A stretch of 54,702 nt of DNA from a virus. Lineage: Duplodnaviria; Caudoviricetes. Where the stretch lies: IMG/VR virus record IMGVR_UViG_3300030430_001000, positions 1-54,702 of that record; one strand, 5' to 3'. Shown in pieces: positions 20,372 to 30,727 of the stretch. Each line of letters starts with the position of its first letter. Position 1 is the stretch's first letter. A model generated the notes under the pieces. The model did not search any database and was not told where the DNA came from. It saw nothing but the letters and a program-made list of their open reading frames with translations. The translations under genes and the position numbers were made by a program.

Positions 20372-20797
20372 CTACGAGTCCTTTAAATATTTGGCAAATA
20401 ATATTATACCTACAGCACCTGCTACAAATATCAATACACCTGCAGTAACTGAAAGTATTGTCATTATTTGCTCTTTTCTTTGCATTGCAGCATACTTACT
20501 TTTTCTATGTTGTTCTTTTGCTTCTTTTCTAAACTGTTGAAATTTATTCCAACCAGACATACCACGACTGTCTATGATAACTTTTCTCAAATCTCTCTCA
20601 AAGTCTTTTGCCTTCTCATAGGCAATGTAAGATGAAAGTGGGTCGTTTTTATCGTTCTTCTTGTGTGCTTCTTTTGCTCCATCAATAAAAGAAAATAAAG
20701 AATTTATATCCTTGCTCATGGAAGAAATGTCTTTCCCAAGAGCAATGCCTTTCTTTATTGCAGTAAACGAAACTAGTGCTATCGATATAGGGTCTAT
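20372..20797 (-). CDS. Hypothetical protein with C-terminal TM helix
   Basis: DPIS-type N-terminus after an AAGGAG RBS; apparent ATA start at 20797 (track gives 20830). Confidence 0.6.
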   Translation of the reverse strand: MDPISIALVSFTAIKKGIALGKDISSMSKDINSLFSFIDGAKEAHKKNDKNDPLSSYIAYEKAKDFERDLRKVIIDSRGMSGWNKFQQFRKEAKEQHRKSKYAAMQRKEQIMTILSVTAGVLIFVAGAVGIILFAKYLKDS

Positions 20798-20810
20798 TGT
20801 TCTATCTCCT

Positions 20811-22214
20811 TTAAGCTGTATATGTACCATTTGATGTGAATGTTATTACTTTATAACTTCCATCAGTTGTTACTGTAGGGCTACCTGTTGTAGTGCCAGT
20901 ATAGTTTGCCGTAGGCACTCTAAGTATTACAACTCCAGAGCCACCTGCTCCACCAACATTACTGCTTACAGAACCACCTCCACCACCGCCAGTATTAGCT
21001 GTTCCAGCTTGTCCAGTTCCGTTCACGCCATTACCTCCACCTCCGTTTCCACCAGAACCCGGAGTACCTGCTAGGTGAGAAGCACCACCTCCACCACCAG
21101 CATAAGCTGTTGAACTACCAGTAATTGAGTTAGTTGCACCAGTACCCCCAGCACCCCCATAACTTCCTGTAGCATTTGACCCAGCAGCACCTGCTCCACC
21201 ACCACCAGCAGCGTAATAAGGTGAGCCTGTGTTGCCTCCATTGCCACCACCAGCATAGCCAGACGCAGAGCCATTGAGTGTGCCACCTGTACCTCCGTTA
21301 GTGGTACGTCCGTCACCAGCACCGCCTCCACCACCAGAACCAATACCTGATGTTAAACTTGCACCTGTTGATGCTCGTCCGTTTCCTCCATGAAATTGAG
21401 ATGAGTTATCAGTTGAGCCACCATAACCTCCTCCCCCAGCAGTTACTGTTGCAAATGAACCATCATTAGAGGCTAGTGTACTATCTGAACCAGCAGAAGC
21501 ATCAGTTGTGTTATAAGCTCCTCCTGCACCTCCAGCACCAACAGTAGCTGTCCAAACTGTTCCGTTATCAGAATTTACTCCTGTTCTATAAAGAAGTGCT
21601 CCTGCACCACCACCCCCTGATGATGCACCACCACCTCCACCAATTACAAGGTAATCAATAGAATAATTAAAAGCTAGTGATAATGTAGAGGTAGATGTAG
21701 CTACATGTACGCCGTCGTTAGCAATCGCTCGAAAAGTGAAGCTTCCTGCGTGAGCAGTATTGGTGCTTGGTGTTATAGTAAATCTATTAGTATTATCTCC
21801 AGTGCCTTGAGCTATAGATGCAATACTACCTAAGCCTGTCGTATCAAATGAATAGGTAATTGGAAACCCATCATTGTCGGCAGCAACAGGTGTTAGTACA
21901 GTTGCACTGCCATCAGTCGCTAGGCTGTAAGTTGTATTTAATGCAGTCGTAAATGTTGGTCCTTCGTTTGGTCCAAGATAAATCTCTTCCCAGCTACTTC
22001 CACTTCTCATATAAGCAGCTGGTACACTTGAACCATTTGCATCTAGCACATAAACTATGTCACCATTCGAAGGTGAGCTTATCGCATCTCTAGCAGTAAT
22101 ATCTGCGACTACTGTTACACCACCTCCACCACTTGCAGATAGACTTATCAAAGTATTTATTTGACTTGACCCTATTGAAGAAAGTGATGCAAAATCTCTA
22201 GCTCTACTACTCAT
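20811..22214 (-). CDS. Glycine-rich tail fibre/virion protein
   Basis: MSSRARDFA N-terminus, Ig/cadherin-like middle, YLVIGGGGG...GGSGVVILR glycine-rich domain. Confidence 0.7.
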   Translation of the reverse strand: MSSRARDFASLSSIGSSQINTLISLSASGGGGVTVVADITARDAISSPSNGDIVYVLDANGSSVPAAYMRSGSSWEEIYLGPNEGPTFTTALNTTYSLATDGSATVLTPVAADNDGFPITYSFDTTGLGSIASIAQGTGDNTNRFTITPSTNTAHAGSFTFRAIANDGVHVATSTSTLSLAFNYSIDYLVIGGGGGASSGGGGAGALLYRTGVNSDNGTVWTATVGAGGAGGAYNTTDASAGSDSTLASNDGSFATVTAGGGGYGGSTDNSSQFHGGNGRASTGASLTSGIGSGGGGGAGDGRTTNGGTGGTLNGSASGYAGGGNGGNTGSPYYAAGGGGAGAAGSNATGSYGGAGGTGATNSITGSSTAYAGGGGGASHLAGTPGSGGNGGGGNGVNGTGQAGTANTGGGGGGSVSSNVGGAGGSGVVILRVPTANYTGTTTGSPTVTTDGSYKVITFTSNGTYTA

Positions 22215-22229
22215 ATTTCATACTCCTCA

Positions 22230-23066
22230 TTATGCTGCATATGTTATTTTAGGTCTGTTAGTTAAAGATTCATCATCTAGTAATTTAAATCCTCTACGCT
22301 CTGCAAATACTTTAGAATCGTTTGCCCATTTATCTGCACAAGCTTCTAACCATCTCATTGTCATTTCATGTGTTGGCTCTTTGCCATTCTTAACAAGTTC
22401 GTTTTCGGCTGATAAATAATTGTAAACTTCGAGTTGTGCTTGAGCACCATTAATACCCAAATCAAAAATATAAATCATATTACCCTCATCAATGCTACCT
22501 CCTCTTGGTCGAGCTGAGTTTAAGGCTTGTTTCATGCAAGTCATAATATGATATTTATATTCCTCTTTCTCGTACATTTCTTCTGTAATTTCGGTAACCC
22601 CAAGATGCTCAAGCAAACTTTCATATTGATTAATAAAAAAGTTCATCTTTCTTATTGCAGCTTGAACATTATTTTGAGCGTTTGCCAAACCTGTTTGAGC
22701 TTCAAATATCTTTACCTGTAGCATCTCTCTATCTAAATCATCTTTACACTTTAATAATTTTCTTTGTTTCTTTTTTATTTTTATCTTTTGTTTTTCCATA
22801 TTAATTTGAGCTTCTTGCAAAGCACTTTTTGTTTTTTCTATTTCAGCTAAAGAATGTTTGATTGAACGTATTGGTGTGATAGCTGTAACGTCAAGCATAA
22901 CATTCATAAACTGTGAGTGGGATTTATAAAAATTACTTGATGCTTGTTGTACGGCAGGCATTTTATCTTCTATGTTTTTTAACATAGTCCTATATTCAGG
23001 TTTTACATCTGTAAGTGTGTTTTCTAAATTTTTAACAGTTAAACTATTTTTCATACTATCCACCAT
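22230..23066 (-). CDS. Hypothetical coiled-coil protein (fibre-associated cassette)
   Basis: Intact 278 aa ORF with coiled coil, coupled to the upstream gene. Confidence 0.7.
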   Translation of the reverse strand: MVDSMKNSLTVKNLENTLTDVKPEYRTMLKNIEDKMPAVQQASSNFYKSHSQFMNVMLDVTAITPIRSIKHSLAEIEKTKSALQEAQINMEKQKIKIKKKQRKLLKCKDDLDREMLQVKIFEAQTGLANAQNNVQAAIRKMNFFINQYESLLEHLGVTEITEEMYEKEEYKYHIMTCMKQALNSARPRGGSIDEGNMIYIFDLGINGAQAQLEVYNYLSAENELVKNGKEPTHEMTMRWLEACADKWANDSKVFAERRGFKLLDDESLTNRPKITYAA

Positions 23067-23400
23067 TTAAAGTTGTTAAGTCATTCCACATTTTTGTAGA
23101 AGCATCAGCAGGTACAAAATCTTCTTCACTTCCATCACTTGCTAGTTGTGTCCAACCTTTACCATTACTTGCTGTTGTAAGGTAAGTAGTTAAGTCGTCT
23201 TTACTAGCTATTTCTCCTTCTGATGTTGATATGTCAGCTCCATCATCTGCTATACCAAGCATAACATAATCTCTTGGACTAGCTGTGCCACTATCAAAAA
23301 CAGGGTACATTCCTCCTGTTCCTTGTGGCACACCAAACTTTAAATAAGTAGGTATTGTACCATTTGCCTCTAATCTATATTTTACTACTTTATATGCCAT
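23056..23400 (-). CDS. Hypothetical protein
   Basis: 114 aa, TAATG-coupled to the repeat protein gene. Confidence 0.65.
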   Translation of the reverse strand: MAYKVVKYRLEANGTIPTYLKFGVPQGTGGMYPVFDSGTASPRDYVMLGIADDGADISTSEGEIASKDDLTTYLTTASNGKGWTQLASDGSEEDFVPADASTKMWNDLTTLNGG

Positions 23401-24449
23401 TATTGAAGTCCTCCGTGTGCATTACTTGTTGCTCCAATACACTGTTTTTTAGCAGCTTGTAAATCTCCAAAATCAGTTGCGTTGCCAGTAGAGCCTATTG
23501 TTATGTAATCAATTATATTTAAATGAGTCGTTCCATAATCATCACTAGTACTTCCTATACCCCCAGCAAAAACACCTCTTGTTGCATTTGAAACTCCTCC
23601 AGTGTATTGCGATTTTCGTGTTAAATCACCAAAATCAGTTGCGTTACCTGTTGAGGCTATTGTTACATAATCTAAAACATTTTGTTTTGCAGTTCCACCT
23701 GAACTTCCACCAAGACCTCCAGCTAAAACTAACCTTGTTGAATTAGCTGCATCTCCTACCCCTTGTCTAAAAACGGATAGATTTCCAAAATCTGTTGCGT
23801 TTCCAGTAGATGCTATTGTTACATAATCTATAACATCAGTTCTATTTCCTAAAGTGTTCTGTCCTCCAGAAGTTATAGACCTTGTTGAATTAGACCCTCC
23901 TGCAGCTTGATTTCTGTTAACAGTTAAATCGCCAAAATCTGTTGCGTCTCCAGTAGATGCTATTGTTACATAATCTATAACATTTAATACAGAAGAAGAG
24001 TCTCTTCCTGCACTAAAAATAGCTCTTGTTGTACTCGCTCCTGCTGATTGATTAAAATAACGTCCAACTGTAAGGTCTCCAAAATCTCCTTGAGTTCCTA
24101 CATTTGACATATTGTAATATTGTATCTGATTAAACGGACTAGCATTTTGTCCACTTAAAACCAACGCTCTTGTTGTATTACTTGTAGACGCACCATCTCC
24201 TGCAGTAGACAAATCACCAAAATCTATGGCGTTTCCAGTAGTTGCTATTTGTACTCGGTCAATAGTAGCACTGTACCCTGAGGCATCTTCACCACCAGCC
24301 CAAAAACCTACATCACCAAGAGGTTGTTGCCAAGTTTCTCCTTGAGTATTTGTTAACGCTTCTTGTATCTGCCACACTCCACTAGAAGCAGTAGAGGTAG
24401 GTGTTTGTTCAGTAGCTGTTATATATCCACCTAGATAGCGAGTTGACAT
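23400..24449 (-). CDS. Repeat (probable beta-propeller) virion protein
   Basis: About six DYVTIASTGNATDFGDL-like repeats. Confidence 0.75.
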   Translation of the reverse strand: MSTRYLGGYITATEQTPTSTASSGVWQIQEALTNTQGETWQQPLGDVGFWAGGEDASGYSATIDRVQIATTGNAIDFGDLSTAGDGASTSNTTRALVLSGQNASPFNQIQYYNMSNVGTQGDFGDLTVGRYFNQSAGASTTRAIFSAGRDSSSVLNVIDYVTIASTGDATDFGDLTVNRNQAAGGSNSTRSITSGGQNTLGNRTDVIDYVTIASTGNATDFGNLSVFRQGVGDAANSTRLVLAGGLGGSSGGTAKQNVLDYVTIASTGNATDFGDLTRKSQYTGGVSNATRGVFAGGIGSTSDDYGTTHLNIIDYITIGSTGNATDFGDLQAAKKQCIGATSNAHGGLQ

Positions 24450-24460
24450 TTAATTCTCCT

Positions 24461-24835
24461 TTAAGATAATTCTTCATATGTAATGTGACAAGTTAAATCA
24501 TTTCCTGCACTTGCTGTAACACCTATTGAAGTATCTTCTTCTAAATAGTAACCCATGTTTTTATCTATTACAACCAACGTAGCGTCAGCAGGAACAGATA
24601 TTGTTGAAGCAATAAGAACAGGTGTACCTGCTATATCGTCTTGAGGATAAATGCCTACTGTAATAGTAGCTGCATTTGTACCATCTACGTTTGCAACAAC
24701 AAGTGAATTTACTTTAATTACTTTTCCTGAACTTGCCGTGTTTTCTAATAATTTTGTAGCACTTGTACCAGTTAGTAACAGAGAATCTGATTTGGCTGTT
24801 ATTGTTGCTACATTGACTAAATTTGGTGCTGCCAT
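24461..24835 (-). CDS. Tail fibre-associated small protein
   Basis: MAAPNLVNV start directly after the fibre ending AIAMALIFG; beta-rich. Confidence 0.65.
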   Translation of the reverse strand: MAAPNLVNVATITAKSDSLLLTGTSATKLLENTASSGKVIKVNSLVVANVDGTNAATITVGIYPQDDIAGTPVLIASTISVPADATLVVIDKNMGYYLEEDTSIGVTASAGNDLTCHITYEELS

Positions 24836-24848
24836 TTTTTACTCCTTT

Positions 24849-27800
24849 TTATCCAAAAATTAAAGCCATAGCGATTGCTTTTCCCTCATTTACTAATGTT
24901 CCTGTTGTATTTGGCAATGTGCTTACAACATTTCCAGTGTAATTTGCATGGGCAGGTGGCTGTAAAGTTACTTTGTGAGCATTAGAACTTTCACAATACA
25001 AATCAATTTTAGCTACAGCACCTGAATTACTTTTTAATTCAATCAAACCACCCTCTACCTCTAATGCTGTTAGATTTGATAGTGAACCACCTGTGATAGT
25101 TACATTGCTACTTGCTTGGGTTGCCATAGTGCCTAAACCTAAATTGGTTCTTGCTGTAGAAGCAGTAACATCTGATAAATTGTTTGATAGCTGTGCATAC
25201 CGAGCATCACTGCTAGTTTTAGTATAATGATTTGCAGAGTCAAAAGTAGAATATGCAACTGTCTGTAAGGAATCTCCTGAAGATGCAGCAGAACCTAAAG
25301 TTATAGTTGTTCCATTTGTTGCTGTAAAATCTGCTGGAGCTAATTTAACTCCATTTAAATATACATCTACAAAACCCACATCATACGTAGCAGGAAAAAC
25401 AGTGGTTGAGCCAGTATAAGTTCCAGCAGAAGTACCTACAGTAAAACTACCTCGTTCAGATGTAGAGTTAAGAGTTGACCCAGTCATATATGTTTTTACT
25501 GTCTGAACGGAGGTCATTCTCATTGTTCCGTTGTCGTTTATGAGTATGCCGTCGCCATCAGCTACTGCTGTTGTGCCTCTCGCTGTATCTCCATCTAGTA
25601 GATTTAGTTCTGCACCTGTAGCAGTTATTGCTGTACCTGCGTAGTTTAAATTACCTGCAGCAATATTTACTTCACCTGTGCCTTTAGGTGTAATATCAAT
25701 GTCTACATTACTATCGTCACCCATTGCTCCTATAACAACTGCACCACTTGTTGCTGCATTTGTTACTTCTAATGCATTTACGGCTGAACTTACAGTTTGA
25801 AACACTAAAGCCTCTGCACCATTTGCATCAGCTATAAAACCACCATCAGCGAATTTAGGTGCTGTTAGGGTTTTATTTGTTAGTGTTTTTGTTGTTCCAG
25901 CAAAATAGGTATCAAAAGTATCAACACTTGTTTGACGCATTGTACCATTATCATTTGTGACAATACCATCACCACCTGCAACTGCTGTTGTGCCAACACT
26001 TGTATCACCATCAGATGTAGTATTAATTTCTGCTCCTGTGGCACTTACACCCTCTACATTTTTATTTGCATCTACATATGCTTTAATACTTTGTTGTGTA
26101 ACTAACTTAGTTGCACTATTAGATGCCATGTCATCTTCATCAGCAATGTCTGTAATTGTTACAGTTCCATCAGATAAAGAACCAAAAGTTACTGTTCCTG
26201 TGGTTGTTATAGCAGACGAACCATTATTGATTGCACCAAATCCAGAAGTAATACTACCACTATCTAAAGCACCTACAGTTGTAGCTGCAGTGGTAACTAA
26301 ATTAGGCATAGCAGTTATTTCATCATCAAAATAAGCAGCTAAGTCTGTAACAGCTACTTGAACCATAGTACCATTGTCATTCAAAACAACTCTATCTGCA
26401 TCAACTATAGTTGTGCCAGTAGCACTTGTATCTCCGTCCATTATATTCAACTCGGCTGGAGTAGCTGAGATAGCTGTATTACTTGAGGCTGCAAGAACTG
26501 GAAGTGTTCCTGATTGATTAGGTAAGTTAATTGTTCTATCAGCCGTAGGGTCTACTATAGTTAGTGTAGTTTCATGTGCATCAGCAGTTGCTCCTTCAAA
26601 TACAATAGCATTTGCTGCATTCATTGTAACTGTGTCAACTACAGTTTGAGTTCCCTGCACTGTGAGATTGCCTGTAACTGTCAAGTTGTCGGCTACAGTA
26701 ACTTCAGAAGTTGTGTGTCCTATAGTTACAGGTACGCCACTTGTTTCTGTAGCAATCTTTAATGTTCCTGTAGAATTAGATATTAAAGAGTCTGTTCCAT
26801 CATGTTGTATTTGTAAGTCATCACCTGTACCTAATTTAATTATTGCAGAGTCTGGCATATCTAAATGACTAGTAGGACTGACAGTTCCTGCAAAAGTAAC
26901 ATTTGCTCCGTCAAACGTAGCTGATGTTGTTGAACCAGATTTAATTACAAGATTGCTACTACTATTTGTAAATGCACCATATTGTGTTCCGTCGTCTTTG
27001 AGTACAATATCTGCACCATCTGCATCTAGGTTAATATCTCCTGCCACATCTATAGTCATATCGCCAGATGATAATGCTATAGTTGTTCCGTCTATATTGA
27101 AGTCGTCAATATCAATACCACCATCAGCAGTAATTTTTCCTGTAACACCTAATGTGCTACTCATATCTACAGCACCATTTATATCTATGGTAGTTCCATT
27201 TATTTCTATTTCATTGTCAGATACTAAATCTAACACACCATCTGCTGATTGATGAATGTATGTTCCACTGTCTCCAAATTGTAACTGTCTTGTGCTATTT
27301 AATAAGACACCTGTATCTGCAACATGTGTTATCGTTACATCTTGGTCATCACCTAAATTAATAATACCACCATCAGCTAAAAATAAATCACTAAACTGTA
27401 AAGATGAAGTACCTAATGCAGCACCATCAGAGGTATCAGGAGCAAAGGCTGTAGTGGCAGTTATAGTCGTACCTTGCACTGTGCTTGAACCTGTAAATGC
27501 TCCTGTTACTCCTAGTGTTCCAGCTACAGTTGCATTTTCATCAACATCAAGTGTGTCTATATGTGCTGTTCCATTTAAAAATAAATCTTTATATTCTAAT
27601 GACGCTGTTCCTAAATCTATATCATTATTTGTTGTAGGTTTTATTGACCCATCTGCTATTACAACTTGTTCTGTTCCACCTATGTCAAAACGAATAATAT
27701 CTTCATCTGATGATTCTTCTACCTGTATTTTAGTGTCGCCATCAGCATCTGTGACCACAGTTATAGGACCACCCTCTGCAGCAGTTCCGTCATGGGAGTG

Positions 27801-27917
27801 ACCTGTTACATTGTGAAATGCATCAAGTATTTTATTAAATTCTGAATTTAAAGACGAGTGTTTTACTACAAGTCCTGATTGTATCTCTGATTCTTTTTGT
27901 CTAGTATATCCTGCCAT
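24849..27917 (-). CDS. Tail fibre protein
   Basis: N-terminal GYTRQ...GHSHDG anchor; Thr/Gly/Asp-rich; three ATxAEL/IN...NDNGTM repeats. Confidence 0.85.
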   Translation of the reverse strand: MAGYTRQKESEIQSGLVVKHSSLNSEFNKILDAFHNVTGHSHDGTAAEGGPITVVTDADGDTKIQVEESSDEDIIRFDIGGTEQVVIADGSIKPTTNNDIDLGTASLEYKDLFLNGTAHIDTLDVDENATVAGTLGVTGAFTGSSTVQGTTITATTAFAPDTSDGAALGTSSLQFSDLFLADGGIINLGDDQDVTITHVADTGVLLNSTRQLQFGDSGTYIHQSADGVLDLVSDNEIEINGTTIDINGAVDMSSTLGVTGKITADGGIDIDDFNIDGTTIALSSGDMTIDVAGDINLDADGADIVLKDDGTQYGAFTNSSSNLVIKSGSTTSATFDGANVTFAGTVSPTSHLDMPDSAIIKLGTGDDLQIQHDGTDSLISNSTGTLKIATETSGVPVTIGHTTSEVTVADNLTVTGNLTVQGTQTVVDTVTMNAANAIVFEGATADAHETTLTIVDPTADRTINLPNQSGTLPVLAASSNTAISATPAELNIMDGDTSATGTTIVDADRVVLNDNGTMVQVAVTDLAAYFDDEITAMPNLVTTAATTVGALDSGSITSGFGAINNGSSAITTTGTVTFGSLSDGTVTITDIADEDDMASNSATKLVTQQSIKAYVDANKNVEGVSATGAEINTTSDGDTSVGTTAVAGGDGIVTNDNGTMRQTSVDTFDTYFAGTTKTLTNKTLTAPKFADGGFIADANGAEALVFQTVSSAVNALEVTNAATSGAVVIGAMGDDSNVDIDITPKGTGEVNIAAGNLNYAGTAITATGAELNLLDGDTARGTTAVADGDGILINDNGTMRMTSVQTVKTYMTGSTLNSTSERGSFTVGTSAGTYTGSTTVFPATYDVGFVDVYLNGVKLAPADFTATNGTTITLGSAASSGDSLQTVAYSTFDSANHYTKTSSDARYAQLSNNLSDVTASTARTNLGLGTMATQASSNVTITGGSLSNLTALEVEGGLIELKSNSGAVAKIDLYCESSNAHKVTLQPPAHANYTGNVVSTLPNTTGTLVNEGKAIAMALIFG

Positions 27918-29935
27918 TACCTTACATCTCCTATTCCATAAGTTACAGTATAACCTTGTATACTATGACTAGCATTTGTGTCGTTTGTTACATAGTTAAA
28001 TGAAACTGATTTACCTGAACCTGTAAATGTGCTTCTTTGCACTGGGGTGGGATTACCACTGTATACATCTGTTCCTGTATAATTTGCTATATTAGTTCCT
28101 GACGTATAAAAAGAAGCTGGGTTTTCATTTATTATAGATAAATCTGATGGATTTAAAATATCCGTATTATCATAATCATATGACACACCTAATGACAATG
28201 ATATTACTCCTTCTGCTATCATATAAGTAGAAATACTTTGAAAAGTTTTTCTTACTTCTGGGTCTTCCATATATATAAATGGAGTCTTATATATACTTAA
28301 AATATTACCAGTGTCAAATGAAGTGCCTGATTCTTGTCTAAATACTTTACCATCAGACTCTCCATGAATTATAAATTCATCTTGACCTAAATAACCACTT
28401 GCTGCACATGTACATTCAATTCCTGATAATGTACTAAATTCAAAACCATAGGCATTTCCTACCTGACGCAATGCACCTAATATACCTTGTGACTCAGAAG
28501 CTGAAAAGAAATATCTAAACTGTGACTTTCTTCTTATTATAACTGAAGATAATGTAGATAAAACTTCATTAGATAATACTGAATTTATTGTAGCTTGTAT
28601 ATTTTTTGACACTGTTTCTAAATTAACGTCACCAATTTTATTTGTGCCTGATATAGGTCTAATACCATCTGGTGCTAAAAATATTAAGTCACCACCTAAT
28701 TCTACCACACTATCTATTGCAAGGCAACCTAAATTTGAAGTAACTGTTTCTAAAACAAAATTTTCTGATACATTACCTGTTAACTTTTTTATATTATTTT
28801 GTCCAAATATGTACAGTACATTACGAAACTTTTTAATAGCAACTATGTCGTAACCTACATTTATGACTCCTGCACCATCAGCAGAACTAAAATTTCTTTC
28901 ATCTTCAGGTGCACTAAAATATAAATTTTGTTTTTCGTTCGGGTCTCCTGCTAGAAATAAATGGTTTTGAAAAGACTCTGATACAACAGGGTCTGATGGG
29001 GGTGAACTAAAATTAGTTGACGCTGCTGAAGCTGTAGCTGACTGAGATGAGTCACCTCCTGTTAATACGTTATTTGCAGAGTACGTTCCTGAAGTTACTT
29101 CTATTATTAAAAAGTCAGAACCCTTTGCAATTACTGTTCCTGACGTTGCTGCTGTGGCATCACTAGAACTTACGACTGAAGTTATTGCTTCTCCTACAGT
29201 AAAGTTTAGTCCAACGGCAGATGTTAATGTTACTTTTAGTCTTGTTAATATTTGTTTATATGTTGAGCCATCATATGTTGCTGCAGGATTAATACCATCT
29301 GTTAATACAATTTTAGGAGTACCAAAATTTAATTCTGAAAACCTAACTTTATCTACACCTGTCATTGTGGGTAAGCCACTTGTTGTAACTGCTGTCCAAC
29401 CTATAACAGTAGGTGTTGAAGTAAGTGCAGTGCTTGTTGAAAAACTATCATCAGATATTGCATTTCCATTTGTAAATACTGCTGATGGTAGCCTTCCAAA
29501 ATTTACAACAATAGTATTAGAATTTTTTGATATAAGAACTCCTGTAACTGATGTAACTGTACTAGCATCTCCTGCACTTGTTCTTTCTGTTATTGTTTGT
29601 CCTACAGTTAAATTAGCGTCTGACGCTACAGTAAATTGATGATAAAAATTCCAATGATGTAAATAGTTATTTCCTGACGAAGGTGTTCTACAACCAAACA
29701 CACCTTGATTTATACCATCAGAAACAAATAAACCTAGCACTGAACCTGTGCCTGTAATTGAATCAAAACTATGTGAATAACCACTTATCTTTCTATATCC
29801 ACCTTCTAAGTTTGGTTCATAGTTAATTAATTGTATAGCAGAACCTGTAAAAGAATCACCTAATGTTAAAACATCATTGCCTGTATTTAGTCCACCCTTA
29901 CATATAGATTTAAGTGTTCTTAGTGAATCTGCCAT
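27917..29935 (-). CDS. Tail nozzle/tubular protein B-like
   Basis: GGLN start, LINYEP, LIFLAPDGIR; lies between adaptor and fibre. Confidence 0.7.
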   Translation of the reverse strand: MADSLRTLKSICKGGLNTGNDVLTLGDSFTGSAIQLINYEPNLEGGYRKISGYSHSFDSITGTGSVLGLFVSDGINQGVFGCRTPSSGNNYLHHWNFYHQFTVASDANLTVGQTITERTSAGDASTVTSVTGVLISKNSNTIVVNFGRLPSAVFTNGNAISDDSFSTSTALTSTPTVIGWTAVTTSGLPTMTGVDKVRFSELNFGTPKIVLTDGINPAATYDGSTYKQILTRLKVTLTSAVGLNFTVGEAITSVVSSSDATAATSGTVIAKGSDFLIIEVTSGTYSANNVLTGGDSSQSATASAASTNFSSPPSDPVVSESFQNHLFLAGDPNEKQNLYFSAPEDERNFSSADGAGVINVGYDIVAIKKFRNVLYIFGQNNIKKLTGNVSENFVLETVTSNLGCLAIDSVVELGGDLIFLAPDGIRPISGTNKIGDVNLETVSKNIQATINSVLSNEVLSTLSSVIIRRKSQFRYFFSASESQGILGALRQVGNAYGFEFSTLSGIECTCAASGYLGQDEFIIHGESDGKVFRQESGTSFDTGNILSIYKTPFIYMEDPEVRKTFQSISTYMIAEGVISLSLGVSYDYDNTDILNPSDLSIINENPASFYTSGTNIANYTGTDVYSGNPTPVQRSTFTGSGKSVSFNYVTNDTNASHSIQGYTVTYGIGDVR

Positions 29936-29937
29936 AA

Positions 29938-30669
29938 TTAAAAATTATTATTTAATACATTTGTAGCAAATGCAGGTCTAACAATCATGGTAGACCTAAC
30001 CGATATTGGGTCATCTAGTAACAGCCTTCTCATTTTTTTAATACCTTCATTAAATTTAAGTTGATGTATTTGTGCACTCTGTTCATTTGAACGAAAACGC
30101 ATTAGATACACCATAGCACCATCTGTTACAATATATTTAAATCTGTCAGGTATAATCATTGTATCACTAAATAAAGTTAAATCATCTGGAAATTTAAAGT
30201 ACACATACTCTATAATATAAGAGTCATCTGGTATTGGCGTTACTCCAAATTTATTTTCTGCAGTTTGATATATTAAGTCAGGTGCAGTTCTTCCACCTGT
30301 ACCACTACTGTCTTCAATAGCTCTATATCTTTGTGTGTACTCTTCAAATGTTATAGTACGCAAAGCCTTCGCTGTATTTGACTTTGACTCTAGTGTTTTT
30401 AAATAAAATGTATCCCAATCAACACTTGCTAAATCTGTAGGAAAATCATACGTTCCTGTTCCTGCTGTTAGCGTTTGTGTTGTGGTTGTTTTTAAAAAAG
30501 GAAATTGATGTCCGTCTTGTAGTATTTCTCTAATAGAATTATTTACAGCGTCCTTTGCGATTGCCTGAACATTTGTTGCTGTAGAAAAATCACTACCTGA
30601 AGAATTTAATTGAACTTCATTTAATCTACGCAGTACATCATTGGTCAATGTTAAAAAGGTTGTTGCCAT
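29938..30669 (-). CDS. Tail adaptor/tubular protein A-like
   Basis: FLTLTNDVLRRLNE start, GVTPIPD motif; follows capsid genes. Confidence 0.7.
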   Translation of the reverse strand: MATTFLTLTNDVLRRLNEVQLNSSGSDFSTATNVQAIAKDAVNNSIREILQDGHQFPFLKTTTTQTLTAGTGTYDFPTDLASVDWDTFYLKTLESKSNTAKALRTITFEEYTQRYRAIEDSSGTGGRTAPDLIYQTAENKFGVTPIPDDSYIIEYVYFKFPDDLTLFSDTMIIPDRFKYIVTDGAMVYLMRFRSNEQSAQIHQLKFNEGIKKMRRLLLDDPISVRSTMIVRPAFATNVLNNNF

Positions 30670-30693
30670 ATTATATTCCTACTTGATATGTAA

Positions 30694-30717
30694 TGAGGAC
30701 AAGTTGCCTTGCCCTCA
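30694..30717 (-). terminator. Stem-loop after capsid genes (leaky terminator or mRNA stabiliser)
   Basis: TGAGGGCAAG-GCAA-CTTGTCCTCA on the - strand; GNRA loop; weak U tract. Confidence 0.65.
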
Positions 30718-30727
30718 CTATGTTAGT

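Noticed and set aside
23400-24449. Near-identical DNA repeats as a DGR template/variable pair
   Set aside because: They are in-frame protein repeats, and no reverse transcriptase is present
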